Part shown: positions 44,317 through 54,861 of the stretch, piece after piece
Layout of the letters: each line of letters starts with the position of its first letter
How positions within the stretch are numbered: position 1 is the first letter of the stretch
Source: an uncultured Ruminococcus sp.
Lineage (GTDB): Bacteria; Bacillota; Clostridia; Oscillospirales; CAG-382
Length of the DNA stretch: 64,000 nt
NCBI GenBank assembly: GCA_964487775.1
Contig: CAZASH010000003.1
Span: forward strand, 1,377 to 65,376
Direction of reading: 5' to 3'
Position numbers and translations under genes: made by a program
The notes under the pieces: model-generated
The model's database searches: none
Told to the model about the DNA's origin: nothing
What the model saw: only the letters and a program-made list of their open reading frames with translations

Positions 44317-47300
44317 TTAAAAGAGTGTGATCTGGTTTGACTCTGGCATATCGCCGAGACAGTTGTTTGAAACAAGTATCTCGAGGACCTTTTTGTTAAG
44401 CCCTGCTATAGTCTGCAGATCCATAACTGTTTCTGCTCCGCCGCCGTGGACAGCGTCATAAATATTCTGTGCGGCGGTTTCGCCAAGTCCCGCAAGCGAC
44501 GAAAACGGCAAGCGTATCATGCCGTCCTCGGGCATAAATCTGAACGCCTGCGATTTATATATATCGACAGGCAAAAACTTAAACCCTCTTGCAAAGAACT
44601 CACGCACCATCTGCAGGAACACGAGCGTATCCTTGTCCTTCGCCGAAGCGTCGGGCATATTTTCTATCTCGTTTATCTTGTCTCTGATCGCTTCTGCGCC
44701 GCCCATGGCGAGCACTCCGTCAAACGAATCTCGCTTGACTGTGAAATAGGTTGCATAAAAGGCTATGGGATGATATACCTTGAACCATCCGAGCCTCAGC
44801 GACGCTATGGTATAAGCCGCAGCGTGCGCCTTGGGGAACATATATTCTATCTTTTTGCAGGATTCTATATACCATTCGGGCACGTTCTTCTCACGCATGG
44901 CAGCCTCCTGCTCGGGCGAAAGTCCTCTGCCCTTGCGGACGCTCTCCATTATCTTGAACGCGACCGAATTCTCGAGCCCTGCGTATATCAGATAAAGCAT
45001 TATGCTGTCACGAGTACCGATGATCTCATCGATCGTGCAGGTGCCGTTTTTGATAAGCTCTGCACCGTTGCCAAGCCATATGCCTGTGCCGTGTGAAAGT
45101 CCCGAGATCTGCAACAGATCAGAGAAATTCTTTGGCTTACAGTCGACTATCATCTGTATGACATATTTAGTACCGAACTCGGGCAGACCGAGCGTGCCGA
45201 CAGGCGCACCTATCGCCTCGGGCTTTACGCCGAGCGGTGCGGGCGATGCAAACAGCTCAAACACCTTGCGGTCGTTGAGCGGTATCGTGCGCACGTCGAT
45301 GCCAGTAAACTCCTCGAGCACCTTATAGAACGTGGGAACATCGTGTCCCAGAATATCCAGCTTCAAAAGCGTGTCGTGCAGATATTCAAACGCAAAGTGA
45401 GTGGTTATGACACCGCTCGACTCTTTGTCGGCGGGATGCTGAACAGGCGTGAAGTCATATATCTCGTATTGCTTTGGAATAACGACTATTCCGCCCGGGT
45501 GCTGACCTGTCGTGCGCTTGACACCTGCGATGCCGTAGGCAAGCCTGTCAAGCTCTGCACGGGTGAACGAGAGATTTTTCTCTTCGCACAGCTTTTTTAC
45601 ATAGCCTATACAGCTCTTGGGCTGAAGCGCCGAAACAGTGCCTGCTCTGAATATATTTTCTTTGCCGAAAAGCACCTCGGTGAATTTGTGCGCTGCCGAC
45701 TGCACGTCGCCCGAAAAGTTCAGGTCGATGTCGGGTGCTTTGTCACCGTGGAAGCCGAGGAATGTCTCAAACGGTATGTCGTGGCCGTCGCAGATCATTC
45801 TTTCGCCGCATTCGCATATGCGGTCGGGCAGGTCAAAGCCCGAGCCGACAGAGCCGTCGGTGATGAATATGCTCTTTTTGCATTTCGGACATCTCCAATG
45901 CGGAGGCAAAGGGTTGACCTCAGAAACTCCGCAGAACGTGGCTATTACCGACGAGCCGACAGAGCCTCTCGAGCCGACGAGATAGCCGTGCTCCTCGCTG
46001 TTCTTGACCAGCAGCCTTGCGATTATATAAAGCACCGCATAGCCGTGCTTGATGACAGAGTCAAGCTCTTTGTCAAGTCTTGCCTTGACGAGCTCGGGCA
46101 ACGGGTCGCCGTACATATCCTTTGCGGTCTCATAGCAGATATTGCGCAGGTCGTCCTCTGCGCCGTCTATGCCCGGGGTGAATGTTCCGTCGGGGATAGG
46201 CTTGATAAATTCTATCTCGTCTGCGATGGCGACGGTGTTGTCGATGACTATCTCCTCTGCCTTTTCTTTGCCGAGGAATATAAACTCGTCGATCATTTCG
46301 TCTGTGGTTCTGAAATAAAGCTTTGCGCCGTCGAGTGCGTCGCTAAAGCCCTTGGCAAACAGCATTATGCGCCTGTATACATCGTCGTCCGGCTCCAAAT
46401 AATGCGAGTCTCCTGTTGCGACGACAGGTCTGTTGACACGCTCGCCTATGCTGATGATGCGCCTGATGTTATCCTGCAGCATCTTTACAGTCTCTTGCTC
46501 GGGCTTTTTGTTTTCTCCCCTGCCGCCTAAATACATATCGTTGCAGACAGGCATTACCTCGAGGTAATCATAATATTCTGCGATCTTTGCGAGCTCGCCA
46601 TCGCTCTTGCCCTCGGTGATCGCTGCATAAAGCTCGCCCTCTGAGCAGGCAGAGCCTATGATAAGTCCCTCACGATAGTCGTTAAGGACAGTCTTTGGAA
46701 TGCGCGGAATGCGCGCATAATAGTCGAGGTACGACATCGAAACGAGCTTATAGAGGTTGCGCAGTCCTGTCTGATTTTTGACAAGTATCGAGACGTGGTG
46801 CGATCTCAGTTTGCGAGGGTCGGCATTGCTTGCCATAGCGTCGTTCATTTCTGCGACGTTGGTTATGCCCTGCCTTGCAAGCTTATCTATCATGCAGCCG
46901 AATATCTGCGCCAGCATTTCGGTGTCGGCATCGGCACGGTGATGGTCGAACTCGCCGAGCTTGAAATAATGTGCAAGCGTATCAAGCTTGTGGTTTGAAG
47001 CATCGGGATTGAGGTAGCGTGACAGACTGACAGTGTCGAGGTATGCATTTTCGAACTTGATGCGGTTTTCTGATGCGACACGCCTGATAAAGCTGACATC
47101 GAACGAAGCGTTGTGCGCAACGAGCATATCACTGCCCGCAAAATCCAAAAAGCTCTTGACAGCCTCTGCCTGCGCAGGGGCATTTTTGACCATATCGTCG
47201 GTTATGCCTGTTAATTCGGTTATTTTTGCGGGGATAGGCATCCCGGGATTGACGAGCGTATCAAAGGTGTCTATCGACTCGCCGCCCTTGTATTTAATCG

Positions 47301-48684
47301 CGCCTATCTGTGTTATGCCGCAATTAAGCGGTGAAAGTCCTGTGGTCTCTATATCAAATATGATAAATTCGCCGTCTTCAAAGCTTATGCTGTCGTCCGC
47401 CCTGTCGGCAAATACCGCACGTGCGGTGTCGTCGACGAGATAGCCCTCCATGCCGTATATAGGCTTTGTGTCGGGGCATTTTTTTGCCGCCTTCATATAC
47501 ATCGGATAAGCCTGCAGGTTGCCGTGGTCTGTGACAGCGACGGCAGGCATTCCCCATGCAGCCGCCTGCTTGAATACGTCGCCCGGCTCTGACAGCGCAT
47601 CGAGCTGGCTCATATTGGTGTGTATATGCAATTCGACACGCTTGCGAGGATAGGTATCCTGCCTGCCTATCTTTTTTACAAACGCCATCGCCGTCGGTCT
47701 GACGACGACCTCTTTGTCATATTTATTCCATTCTGCCCTGCCTGTGATAAGCATATACGAAGGCGCATCGGGGATCTCCGCACGTCTTTCACGTGGAATA
47801 GAGGTTCTGACGAGCACCGAGGCGTCGTTGTCTGTAAACTCCATCTTGCAGGTTATCTTGCCTGTGTCGTAATTGGGCTTTTTGTCTATGCTGAACATCT
47901 TGCCGACGAACGTGACCGTCTCGCCGTCGGTTATATTGCGTATCGGGATTAGCCTTTTGAGCTTTGGAATATCCTTGCCTGTGAATATTTTGGGGTCTGA
48001 AACATCAAAAAGCAGTCTGCCTGCCTTGCATTTTGTCATTTCGTCGTCGAGCCAGTGTATTTTGTCGCCGTCATCGACAGGCAGGTATGAGTTGGTTTTG
48101 TTTGCGTCGCGCTCCTCTGCCTCAAACGCCCTGTCAAGCTGCTCTCGTGTGAGCCTGTCAAGCTCGGCATTCTTTGGCGAAACATAAAAATCGGGTATCT
48201 CGCCGCCCTCGAGCTCGACCTTGAGATCTATGTCGAACTGCGCCCTTATGCACTCTGAAATATACTTGTCAACGCCGTCGCTCACCAATATATCTGCCGT
48301 GCAGCAGTCGCGCAGTGTGATGCGAAGGATATTATTCTCTCTGTCATACTCTGCTTTTGAGCGCTCGAAAAAGCCCTTGCCTATCGTGTCGCCGAATTCG
48401 ACGCAGATATAAGGGTGTATCTTATTCCAGACATTCTCGGAAAAGCAATTCGACGGATAACGCGGCATTATGCGCACATCGGTAGCGTTGTATGTATTCT
48501 TGATGCGCCTTGCGATGTCAAACAGCTTTTGCGGAGCGACGACAGAATCAAAGCACGGCACGAGCCTTATGGCTCTTTTTTCGGTGCTGACCATGATGCT
48601 GCAATCGGTCATTTCAGATATAGTCTGCATTTCCTGCGGTGAAAACTCGCAGCGCGCAAACTTTTTCTTAAACAAATCGGTCAT
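44317..48684 (-). CDS. polC: DNA polymerase III PolC
   Basis: RVELHIHTNMS, exonuclease FDIETTG..VAHNA, GSRGSVGSS, CPKC zinc finger, PDIDLNFSG, KLDILGHD, YMFPKAHAAAY. Confidence 0.98.
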   Translation of the reverse strand: MTDLFKKKFARCEFSPQEMQTISEMTDCSIMVSTEKRAIRLVPCFDSVVAPQKLFDIARRIKNTYNATDVRIMPRYPSNCFSENVWNKIHPYICVEFGDTIGKGFFERSKAEYDRENNILRITLRDCCTADILVSDGVDKYISECIRAQFDIDLKVELEGGEIPDFYVSPKNAELDRLTREQLDRAFEAEERDANKTNSYLPVDDGDKIHWLDDEMTKCKAGRLLFDVSDPKIFTGKDIPKLKRLIPIRNITDGETVTFVGKMFSIDKKPNYDTGKITCKMEFTDNDASVLVRTSIPRERRAEIPDAPSYMLITGRAEWNKYDKEVVVRPTAMAFVKKIGRQDTYPRKRVELHIHTNMSQLDALSEPGDVFKQAAAWGMPAVAVTDHGNLQAYPMYMKAAKKCPDTKPIYGMEGYLVDDTARAVFADRADDSISFEDGEFIIFDIETTGLSPLNCGITQIGAIKYKGGESIDTFDTLVNPGMPIPAKITELTGITDDMVKNAPAQAEAVKSFLDFAGSDMLVAHNASFDVSFIRRVASENRIKFENAYLDTVSLSRYLNPDASNHKLDTLAHYFKLGEFDHHRADADTEMLAQIFGCMIDKLARQGITNVAEMNDAMASNADPRKLRSHHVSILVKNQTGLRNLYKLVSMSYLDYYARIPRIPKTVLNDYREGLIIGSACSEGELYAAITEGKSDGELAKIAEYYDYLEVMPVCNDMYLGGRGENKKPEQETVKMLQDNIRRIISIGERVNRPVVATGDSHYLEPDDDVYRRIMLFAKGFSDALDGAKLYFRTTDEMIDEFIFLGKEKAEEIVIDNTVAIADEIEFIKPIPDGTFTPGIDGAEDDLRNICYETAKDMYGDPLPELVKARLDKELDSVIKHGYAVLYIIARLLVKNSEEHGYLVGSRGSVGSSVIATFCGVSEVNPLPPHWRCPKCKKSIFITDGSVGSGFDLPDRICECGERMICDGHDIPFETFLGFHGDKAPDIDLNFSGDVQSAAHKFTEVLFGKENIFRAGTVSALQPKSCIGYVKKLCEEKNLSFTRAELDRLAYGIAGVKRTTGQHPGGIVVIPKQYEIYDFTPVQHPADKESSGVITTHFAFEYLHDTLLKLDILGHDVPTFYKVLEEFTGIDVRTIPLNDRKVFELFASPAPLGVKPEAIGAPVGTLGLPEFGTKYVIQMIVDCKPKNFSDLLQISGLSHGTGIWLGNGAELIKNGTCTIDEIIGTRDSIMLYLIYAGLENSVAFKIMESVRKGRGLSPEQEAAMREKNVPEWYIESCKKIEYMFPKAHAAAYTIASLRLGWFKVYHPIAFYATYFTVKRDSFDGVLAMGGAEAIRDKINEIENMPDASAKDKDTLVFLQMVREFFARGFKFLPVDIYKSQAFRFMPEDGMIRLPFSSLAGLGETAAQNIYDAVHGGGAETVMDLQTIAGLNKKVLEILVSNNCLGDMPESNQITLF

Positions 48685-49748
48685 TTTAAAAGTTCCTTTA
48701 TTTCACTGACGAGCGCAGTGACTATCTCGTTTTCGGCTATCCTGCCGACTATCACGCCATGCTTAAAGAGCACCGCCTCACCGTTGCCGCCTGCAACTCC
48801 GACATCGGCGCCATGTGCCTCGCCCGGTCCGTTGACCACGCAGCCCATGAGAGCGACGGTTATGTCACGGTCGGTATCTATATCCTTTATAGCGTTCTTA
48901 AGCTCGGCATACAGGCGTTTTAAGTCTATCTGTGTTCTGCCGCAGGTCGGGCACGAAACTATGTTGATGCCTTTTCTGAGCCCTATCGATTTTAATATTT
49001 CTATGCCTGCTCTGACCTCGTCGACAGGCGGATCTGTGAGCGAAACTCTGATGGTGTCGCCTATGCCGTCCAAAAGCAGCGAGCCTATGCCGATAGAATT
49101 TTTGACGAGTCCCTCGGGTATCGCACCTGCCTCGGTGACACCGAGGTGCAGGGGATGATCGGTCACCTCGGCGATGAGCCTGTTGGCTTCGACACATATT
49201 CTTACATCGCTCGACTTGACAGAAAGCACTATGTCGTTGAAATCGTATTTTTCAAGCAGTGCGGCGTGCTCGAGTGCCGAATCTCTGAGCGCTTCGGGAC
49301 ACACCCTGCCGTATTTCGCCATTATCTGCTTTGAAAGCGAGCCGCCGTTGACGCCTATTCTGATAGGAATATTCCTCTGCCTGCAAGCATCGGCAACAGC
49401 CTTAACTCTATCCTCGCCGCCGATGTTGCCGGGATTTAAGCGTATTTTGTCGGCGCCTGCCTCTATCGCCGCAAGCGCAAGGCGATAGTCAAAATGGATA
49501 TCCGCAACGATAGGCATATCTGTCCTGCTGCGCAAGGCCTTGAGTCCCTCTGCCGCCTCGGGCGTATTGACAGTGACACGCACGATGTCGCAGCCTGCCT
49601 TCTCGAGCTCTTGTATCTGCGCAAGCACCGCCTCATGATCGTGTGTCGGAATATCGCACATCGACTGCACGGCAATGCTGTTGCCGCCGCCTATATTTAC
49701 TCTGCCGACCTTGACCGAATGTGATATTCTCTTTGCCAAAGCAAGCAC
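48681..49748 (-). CDS. ispG: HMBPP synthase (flavodoxin-dependent)
   Basis: VQSM, VADIHF, RLNPGN, HLGVTEAG, GDTIRVSLT, CPTCGRT, MGCVVNGPGE. Confidence 0.97.
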   Translation of the reverse strand: MLALAKRISHSVKVGRVNIGGGNSIAVQSMCDIPTHDHEAVLAQIQELEKAGCDIVRVTVNTPEAAEGLKALRSRTDMPIVADIHFDYRLALAAIEAGADKIRLNPGNIGGEDRVKAVADACRQRNIPIRIGVNGGSLSKQIMAKYGRVCPEALRDSALEHAALLEKYDFNDIVLSVKSSDVRICVEANRLIAEVTDHPLHLGVTEAGAIPEGLVKNSIGIGSLLLDGIGDTIRVSLTDPPVDEVRAGIEILKSIGLRKGINIVSCPTCGRTQIDLKRLYAELKNAIKDIDTDRDITVALMGCVVNGPGEAHGADVGVAGGNGEAVLFKHGVIVGRIAENEIVTALVSEIKELLK

Positions 49749-49764
49749 CTCCGTAATTATTTGA

Positions 49765-50841
49765 TCAAAACAGTCCGATAACGTCCTTTATGCAGACCAG
49801 CACCATAAGCAATATGAGCAGCATTGCAAAAATATTGGTGATGACGTTTTGGACCTCTTTTTTTATAGGTCTGCCGATTATCATTTCTATGATGCAGAAT
49901 AATATCATTCCGCCGTCAAGCACAGGGATAGGCAAAAGGTTGCAAACTCCGAGCGAGACCGAGATAAACACAGTCAGCACGGCAAGGCTTGATACGGTTT
50001 CTGCAAAGCTGTCGCTGTCTGCGATAGTGTCGCCGACCGCTCCGCCGATGGCGATAGGTCCGCCGACAGACTCGCCTATGTCATATCTGCCTGTGAAGGT
50101 GTCTATCAGTGAATCGACGGTGACATAGACAATCGATATGGGCTGATAGAATGCATCGTTTAAGACATTTGCAAAATTCTTTTGCTTGAGATAGATCTTA
50201 AAATCCACGCAGCCGAACTCACTGCCCTGCTGCTCCTGCACGGGAAATCTGACGCCCTCGAGCTTTATCCTCTCGCCGTTTCTGATGACCTCGAGGTCGA
50301 TGGGCTGATTGCCGTGAGCAGATATTTCATAGCTGAGGTCATAATATACGTGGATGTTCCTGCCGCCGACCTTGACTATCTCGTCGCCCGGCATAAGACC
50401 ATAGGCAAACGAAACATTCTGCATATCGTCTGTCTCATATTTGTCGGCGACGACTGTCGATGCGAGGCTGGGGCTGCACACAACATAAACTATCATAATG
50501 ATGAACGCAAAAATGATATTCATCAAAGGGCCCGCAACGCCGATTATCAGCCTCTTCCACGCCTTGAAGGAATCGAGCGGGCGCTTATCTCTGTGGCGCT
50601 CCTCGAGCTCCTCGCTATACTCGCCGACCATATTGACAAAGCCGCCGATGGGCAGAGCCCTTATCGAAAAATCGTTGTGCTTGCCCTGCTTTGTAAAGAT
50701 TTTTGGGCCCATGCCTATCGAGAACTCGACTATGCCGACGCCGAAAATGCGTGCAGCGACATAATGTCCGAGCTCGTGTATGCCTATAAGCACGCCGAAT
50801 ATCAAAACCGTCAGAATTATTGAGATAAGAGAATTAACCAT
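49765..50841 (-). CDS. rseP: Site-2 intramembrane metalloprotease RseP/RasP
   Basis: IHELGH, LPIGGFV, VAGPLMN, PDZ domain, NLLPIPVLDGG. Confidence 0.94.
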   Translation of the reverse strand: MVNSLISIILTVLIFGVLIGIHELGHYVAARIFGVGIVEFSIGMGPKIFTKQGKHNDFSIRALPIGGFVNMVGEYSEELEERHRDKRPLDSFKAWKRLIIGVAGPLMNIIFAFIIMIVYVVCSPSLASTVVADKYETDDMQNVSFAYGLMPGDEIVKVGGRNIHVYYDLSYEISAHGNQPIDLEVIRNGERIKLEGVRFPVQEQQGSEFGCVDFKIYLKQKNFANVLNDAFYQPISIVYVTVDSLIDTFTGRYDIGESVGGPIAIGGAVGDTIADSDSFAETVSSLAVLTVFISVSLGVCNLLPIPVLDGGMILFCIIEMIIGRPIKKEVQNVITNIFAMLLILLMVLVCIKDVIGLF

Positions 50842-50852
50842 TATACCAAACC

Positions 50853-51986
50853 TTATATAAAGCCTTTCACCGCTTCACGAGCGGCAATGTCAGTGTCAAA
50901 TATCTGCTCGAGTGTCGGAGCAGGTATGTATTTCGTTGTATCGCAGGCGTGCCTTACCAGCCTCTCGATGTCGCAAAAGCCTATTTTGCCGTTCAAAAAC
51001 AGCTCGACGGCAGCCTCATCCGCACCGTTCATAGCGGCAGGAATATTGCCGCCCTTTTTGATCGCCTCACGCGCAAATTGCAAGAGTCCGAAGGCTTCTG
51101 TGTCGGGCTCTGCGAACGTGAAGGACATATAGTTTTTAAAGTCGAGCGCTCGTTTGTCGGGGCTTTCGAGACGCTTTGGATAAGAAAGTGCAAACGAGAT
51201 CGGCAATCTCATATCGGGAGTGCCGAGCTGTGCGATAACTGCGCCGTCGACGAACCTCACCATAGAATGTATGACGCTCTCACGATGTATTATTACCTCG
51301 ACCCTGTCTGAAGGCAGGTCAAAAAGATACATTGCCTCGATTATTTCAAAGCCCTTGTTCATCATAGTAGCGCAGTCGACTGTTATCTTTTTGCCCATGC
51401 TCCAATTGGGGTGCTTTAAAGCATCGGCAACGGTGACATTAACCAATTCGTCTCTCTTTTTGCCAAAAAATGCACCGCCCGAGGCTGTCAGAATGACCGA
51501 CTCGACCTCACTGCGCCTGTCCGCAATGCACTGAAATATGGCAGAATGCTCGCTGTCGATGGGCAAAAGCTCTGTTCCTGTCTCTCTTATGCGCTTCATA
51601 ACTATTTCGCCGCCTGCAACGAGCGTCTCTTTGTTGGCAAGCGCAATGCGCTTTTTGCCGTCGATAGCAGCGAGCGTGGGTGCAAGACCGCTTATGCCGA
51701 GCAATGCGTTGACGAGCACGTCACAGTCTGATTCTGCCGCCATGCGGCAAAGCTCGTCCCTGCCTGTTAGCACCACGGTATCAGTATCCGCCAGCCGAGT
51801 GCGAAGCGAAGCATAATGCTCTTCGCCTATCCAGCAATATTTAGGTACAAATTCACGGCATTGCTTTTCGAGTAATATTTCATTTGTATTTGCCGACAGG
51901 CAGTCCACCTCATAACCGTATCTGCGGCAAACATCGAGTGTCTGCGTACCTATCGAGCCTGTCGAGCCGAGCAAAGCGATCTTCAT
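50853..51986 (-). CDS. dxr: 1-deoxy-D-xylulose 5-phosphate reductoisomerase
   Basis: LGSTGSIGTQ, LANKETLV, PIDSEH, LTASGG, HPNWSMGKKITVD, NKGFE. Confidence 0.97.
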   Translation of the reverse strand: MKIALLGSTGSIGTQTLDVCRRYGYEVDCLSANTNEILLEKQCREFVPKYCWIGEEHYASLRTRLADTDTVVLTGRDELCRMAAESDCDVLVNALLGISGLAPTLAAIDGKKRIALANKETLVAGGEIVMKRIRETGTELLPIDSEHSAIFQCIADRRSEVESVILTASGGAFFGKKRDELVNVTVADALKHPNWSMGKKITVDCATMMNKGFEIIEAMYLFDLPSDRVEVIIHRESVIHSMVRFVDGAVIAQLGTPDMRLPISFALSYPKRLESPDKRALDFKNYMSFTFAEPDTEAFGLLQFAREAIKKGGNIPAAMNGADEAAVELFLNGKIGFCDIERLVRHACDTTKYIPAPTLEQIFDTDIAAREAVKGFI

Positions 51987-52013
51987 TTTAATAATTCACC
52001 ACCTGTGTATTAT

Positions 52014-52805
52014 TCAGGCAAACAGCACGGTAAGTATGCCCGCAAGTATCATAACAGGCAGTGTGCTGTCAAATCTGTCGAGCACGCCGCCGTGCCCCGG
52101 GAATATCTTGCCATAATCCTTGACGCCGTATTTGCGCTTGACTGCGCTCGCAAACAGGTCGCCGAACTGCGAGAGCGCCGCAACAGGCACTGCCAAAAGG
52201 CAATATAAAAAGTTGAATTCACCGCCGCACAGCACTACGACCGCACCGAATATTGCAGTGAAAAGCATTGCGCCAAAAAGTCCGCCGCAAGCGCCCTCGA
52301 CAGTCTTTTTGGGCGAAAGGTGTGGGCAAAGCTTGTGCTTGCCGAGCTTGCTGCCAACGAAGTATGCGCATATGTCGCAGCCGACAGGCGCAAGTATCAG
52401 CAAAAGATAATCTCTCGGGAATGCGTCACGCACCACTATCAGCATTGAAAATCCGAGAACGACATACAAAACACCTGTGCTCATAATGAGCTCGCCATCG
52501 ACGGCACGCTTTTCTGCGCTTATGACAGAGCATATCATAAGATAAAGAAACGCAAGGCACAGCAAAAGCAATACCGAGGTCACGCCGAGCGACGTATATC
52601 TCACGGCAAACGGCGCTGCCGCAGCGATCAGCATAAGAGGAATATAAGCGTGCTTGGCCTTTAAGCCTATGCATGCTGCAAACTCGTATATCGCGGTTGC
52701 CGCAAGCACACAAGCAAGTATCGGCAATGCGACAGTGTGTGCAAAGCACAAAACAGGCACGAATACTGCGGTCATGACCGCACCTGTGATTATTCTCGTT
52801 TTCAA
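52014..52805 (-). CDS. cdsA: Phosphatidate cytidylyltransferase
   Basis: TRIITG, DICAYFVG, SPKKTVEG, GDLFASAVKR..KDYG..PGHGGVLDRFDS. Confidence 0.95.
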   Translation of the reverse strand: MKTRIITGAVMTAVFVPVLCFAHTVALPILACVLAATAIYEFAACIGLKAKHAYIPLMLIAAAAPFAVRYTSLGVTSVLLLLCLAFLYLMICSVISAEKRAVDGELIMSTGVLYVVLGFSMLIVVRDAFPRDYLLLILAPVGCDICAYFVGSKLGKHKLCPHLSPKKTVEGACGGLFGAMLFTAIFGAVVVLCGGEFNFLYCLLAVPVAALSQFGDLFASAVKRKYGVKDYGKIFPGHGGVLDRFDSTLPVMILAGILTVLFA

Positions 52806-52829
52806 GACAATATATCCCCCTTACGGCTG

Positions 52830-53522
52830 TTATTTGCCATAGCGCCTTGAGCGCCCGGCATAATCGTCAAAAGCCTTTATCAACTCGTTTCTGTCAAAAT
52901 CGGGCCAATAAAGATCACTGAAATAATACTCTGAATACGCCGACTGCCACAGCAAAAAGTTTGATATGCGCTTTTCGCCGCTCGTGCGTATGATAAGATC
53001 CGGGTCGGGCATCCCTGCAGTATAAAGCTGCGAGGCGATGTCATCCTCGGTGACACAGGTCCTGCCCTCTGCCAAAAGTTTGTTGACGGCGTTTGTTATC
53101 TCTGCTCTGCCTCCGTACGAAAGGCAAATGCCGATTGTGATGCCGCTGTTGCCGTCGAGCGTCTTGACGCTCTCGGACAGCATATCCTGTGTCTTTTGGT
53201 CGAACCTGCCGATATCGCCATATATGCGCAGTCTCGCATTGCGCTTCATAAGCTTTGGCACATAGACGGGTATCGCGGTATTCATGATCTTGATTATGCC
53301 CGAGACCTCTTCGGCAGAGCGATTCCAGTTTTCGGTCGAAAAAGCATAGACTGTCAAAAATCTGACGCCCAATTCGTCGCACGCCTCGACGGTTTTGACG
53401 AACGTGTCAAAGCCTGCCTTATGACCCATGGTGCGCGGCAAGCCACGCTCTTTTGCCCAACGGCCGTTGCCGTCCATAATGACGGCAACGCTGCTGGGAT
53501 ATGACTTTGTAATGTCGGTCAT
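52830..53522 (-). CDS. uppS: Undecaprenyl/polyprenyl diphosphate synthase
   Basis: VIMDGNGRWA, YAFSTENWNR, SYGGRAEI, PDLIIRTSGEKRISNFLLWQ. Confidence 0.96.
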   Translation of the reverse strand: MTDITKSYPSSVAVIMDGNGRWAKERGLPRTMGHKAGFDTFVKTVEACDELGVRFLTVYAFSTENWNRSAEEVSGIIKIMNTAIPVYVPKLMKRNARLRIYGDIGRFDQKTQDMLSESVKTLDGNSGITIGICLSYGGRAEITNAVNKLLAEGRTCVTEDDIASQLYTAGMPDPDLIIRTSGEKRISNFLLWQSAYSEYYFSDLYWPDFDRNELIKAFDDYAGRSRRYGK

Positions 53523-54073
53523 ATTTCGAGTATCTCTTTGTCCTTTTTGGCTATGCAAGCCTCGACCTCTTTGATATAGCGATCTGTGAGATCCTGAACC
53601 TGCTTTTCAGCCTTCTTTTGATCGTCCTCGGTGAGAACGCCGTCTTTTTTGAGCTTTTTGATCTCTTCGTTTGCGTCACGGCGGATGTTGCGCATTGCAA
53701 CCTTAGCCTCTTCGCCAAGCTTAGCGGTCTTTTTGGTGAGCTCGATACGGCGCTCCTCGGTGAGCGGCGGGAAGGTGAGTCTGAGCTGCTTGCCATCGTT
53801 TACAGGGTTGATGCCGAGGTCGGATGCCTGGATAGCCTTTTCGATCTCTCTGAGCATCTTGGTCTCCCAGGGAGCGATGACCAGCGTGCGTGCATCCTGC
53901 GTTTTGATCTGCGCCACACTTTCGATCGGCGACGGTGTGCCGTAATAGTCGACGCGAATGCGCTCGAGCAATTTTGCGCTTGCTCTGCCGACTCTGATGG
54001 CATCAAACTCGTTGATCAGCACCGAGATGGTCTTTTTCATTCTCTCTTCATAGGGTTTAAGGTCAAAATTCAT
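53519..54073 (-). CDS. frr: Ribosome recycling factor
   Basis: IRVGRA, VDYYG, INPVNDG, PPLTEERR, RNIRRDA. Confidence 0.97.
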   Translation of the reverse strand: MNFDLKPYEERMKKTISVLINEFDAIRVGRASAKLLERIRVDYYGTPSPIESVAQIKTQDARTLVIAPWETKMLREIEKAIQASDLGINPVNDGKQLRLTFPPLTEERRIELTKKTAKLGEEAKVAMRNIRRDANEEIKKLKKDGVLTEDDQKKAEKQVQDLTDRYIKEVEACIAKKDKEILEI

Positions 54074-54118
54074 GGTATTGCCTCCTGCTTTTTATGCTTT
54101 AAATTTTATTTTTATTTT

Positions 54119-54829
54119 TTATTTTGTAATGACTGTGCCCTTGGCTTTGCCGCAGACTGCGTCTCTGATGCTGTCTGCCGAATCGAGCGCGAACAGGACG
54201 GTATAAAGCCCTGTGTCACGTGCGATAGCCGCTGCGGACATATCTATTGCCGCCAGGTTGTCGGCGATGATGCGTGAATATGTGAGAGTGTCGTATTTTT
54301 TTGCATCGGGATTGGTTCTGGGGTCTTTGTCATAAACACCGTCGATGTTCTTTGCCGAAAGCACCGCATCACATTTGAGCTCTGCGGCACGCAGCATCAT
54401 GCCCGAATCGGTCGAGAAGAAAGGATATCCGACACCGCCCGAAACTATGACGACATTGCCTTTTTCAAGCAGATCGATAGCGTCATACTGCGAATAGGGC
54501 TTGCATACCTGCGAAATGTTGAACGCCGACATGACGGTGCAGCCGACGCCTGCCGCCAAAAGATAATCCTGCATGGCGAGCGAATTGATGACTGTCGAAA
54601 GCATACCCATCTGGTCGGCTCTGACTCTGTCTATCTGCAAGCCGCCCTGACGTGCTCCGCGCCAGATATTGCCGCCGCCGATGACCATTGCGATCTGAAC
54701 GCCGCTCTTAACGCATTCTGCGATAACGCCTGCAATCTCCTCTAAAAATTTGCCGTTTAATATGCCGTTTTCACCTGCGAGTGCCTCGCCCGAAAGCTTG
54801 AGCAGCACTCTTTTGTAGCACGGTTCCAT
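54119..54829 (-). CDS. pyrH: Uridylate kinase
   Basis: RVLLKLSGEAL, GGGNIWRG, DQMGMLST, PFFSTD, DGVYDKDP. Confidence 0.96.
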   Translation of the reverse strand: MEPCYKRVLLKLSGEALAGENGILNGKFLEEIAGVIAECVKSGVQIAMVIGGGNIWRGARQGGLQIDRVRADQMGMLSTVINSLAMQDYLLAAGVGCTVMSAFNISQVCKPYSQYDAIDLLEKGNVVIVSGGVGYPFFSTDSGMMLRAAELKCDAVLSAKNIDGVYDKDPRTNPDAKKYDTLTYSRIIADNLAAIDMSAAAIARDTGLYTVLFALDSADSIRDAVCGKAKGTVITK

Positions 54830-54861
54830 AGTTGTTGACCTCTCTTTGTTTGAATTGTTTT

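Noticed and set aside
45343-46530. Long antisense ORFs inside polC (and similarly inside dnaE and uvrA)
   Set aside because: Typical shadows of long GC-rich genes; no independent expression signals.
54085-54118. AAAATA-like short repeats between pyrH and frr
   Set aside because: Low-complexity A-rich spacer ahead of an RBS, common before highly translated genes.
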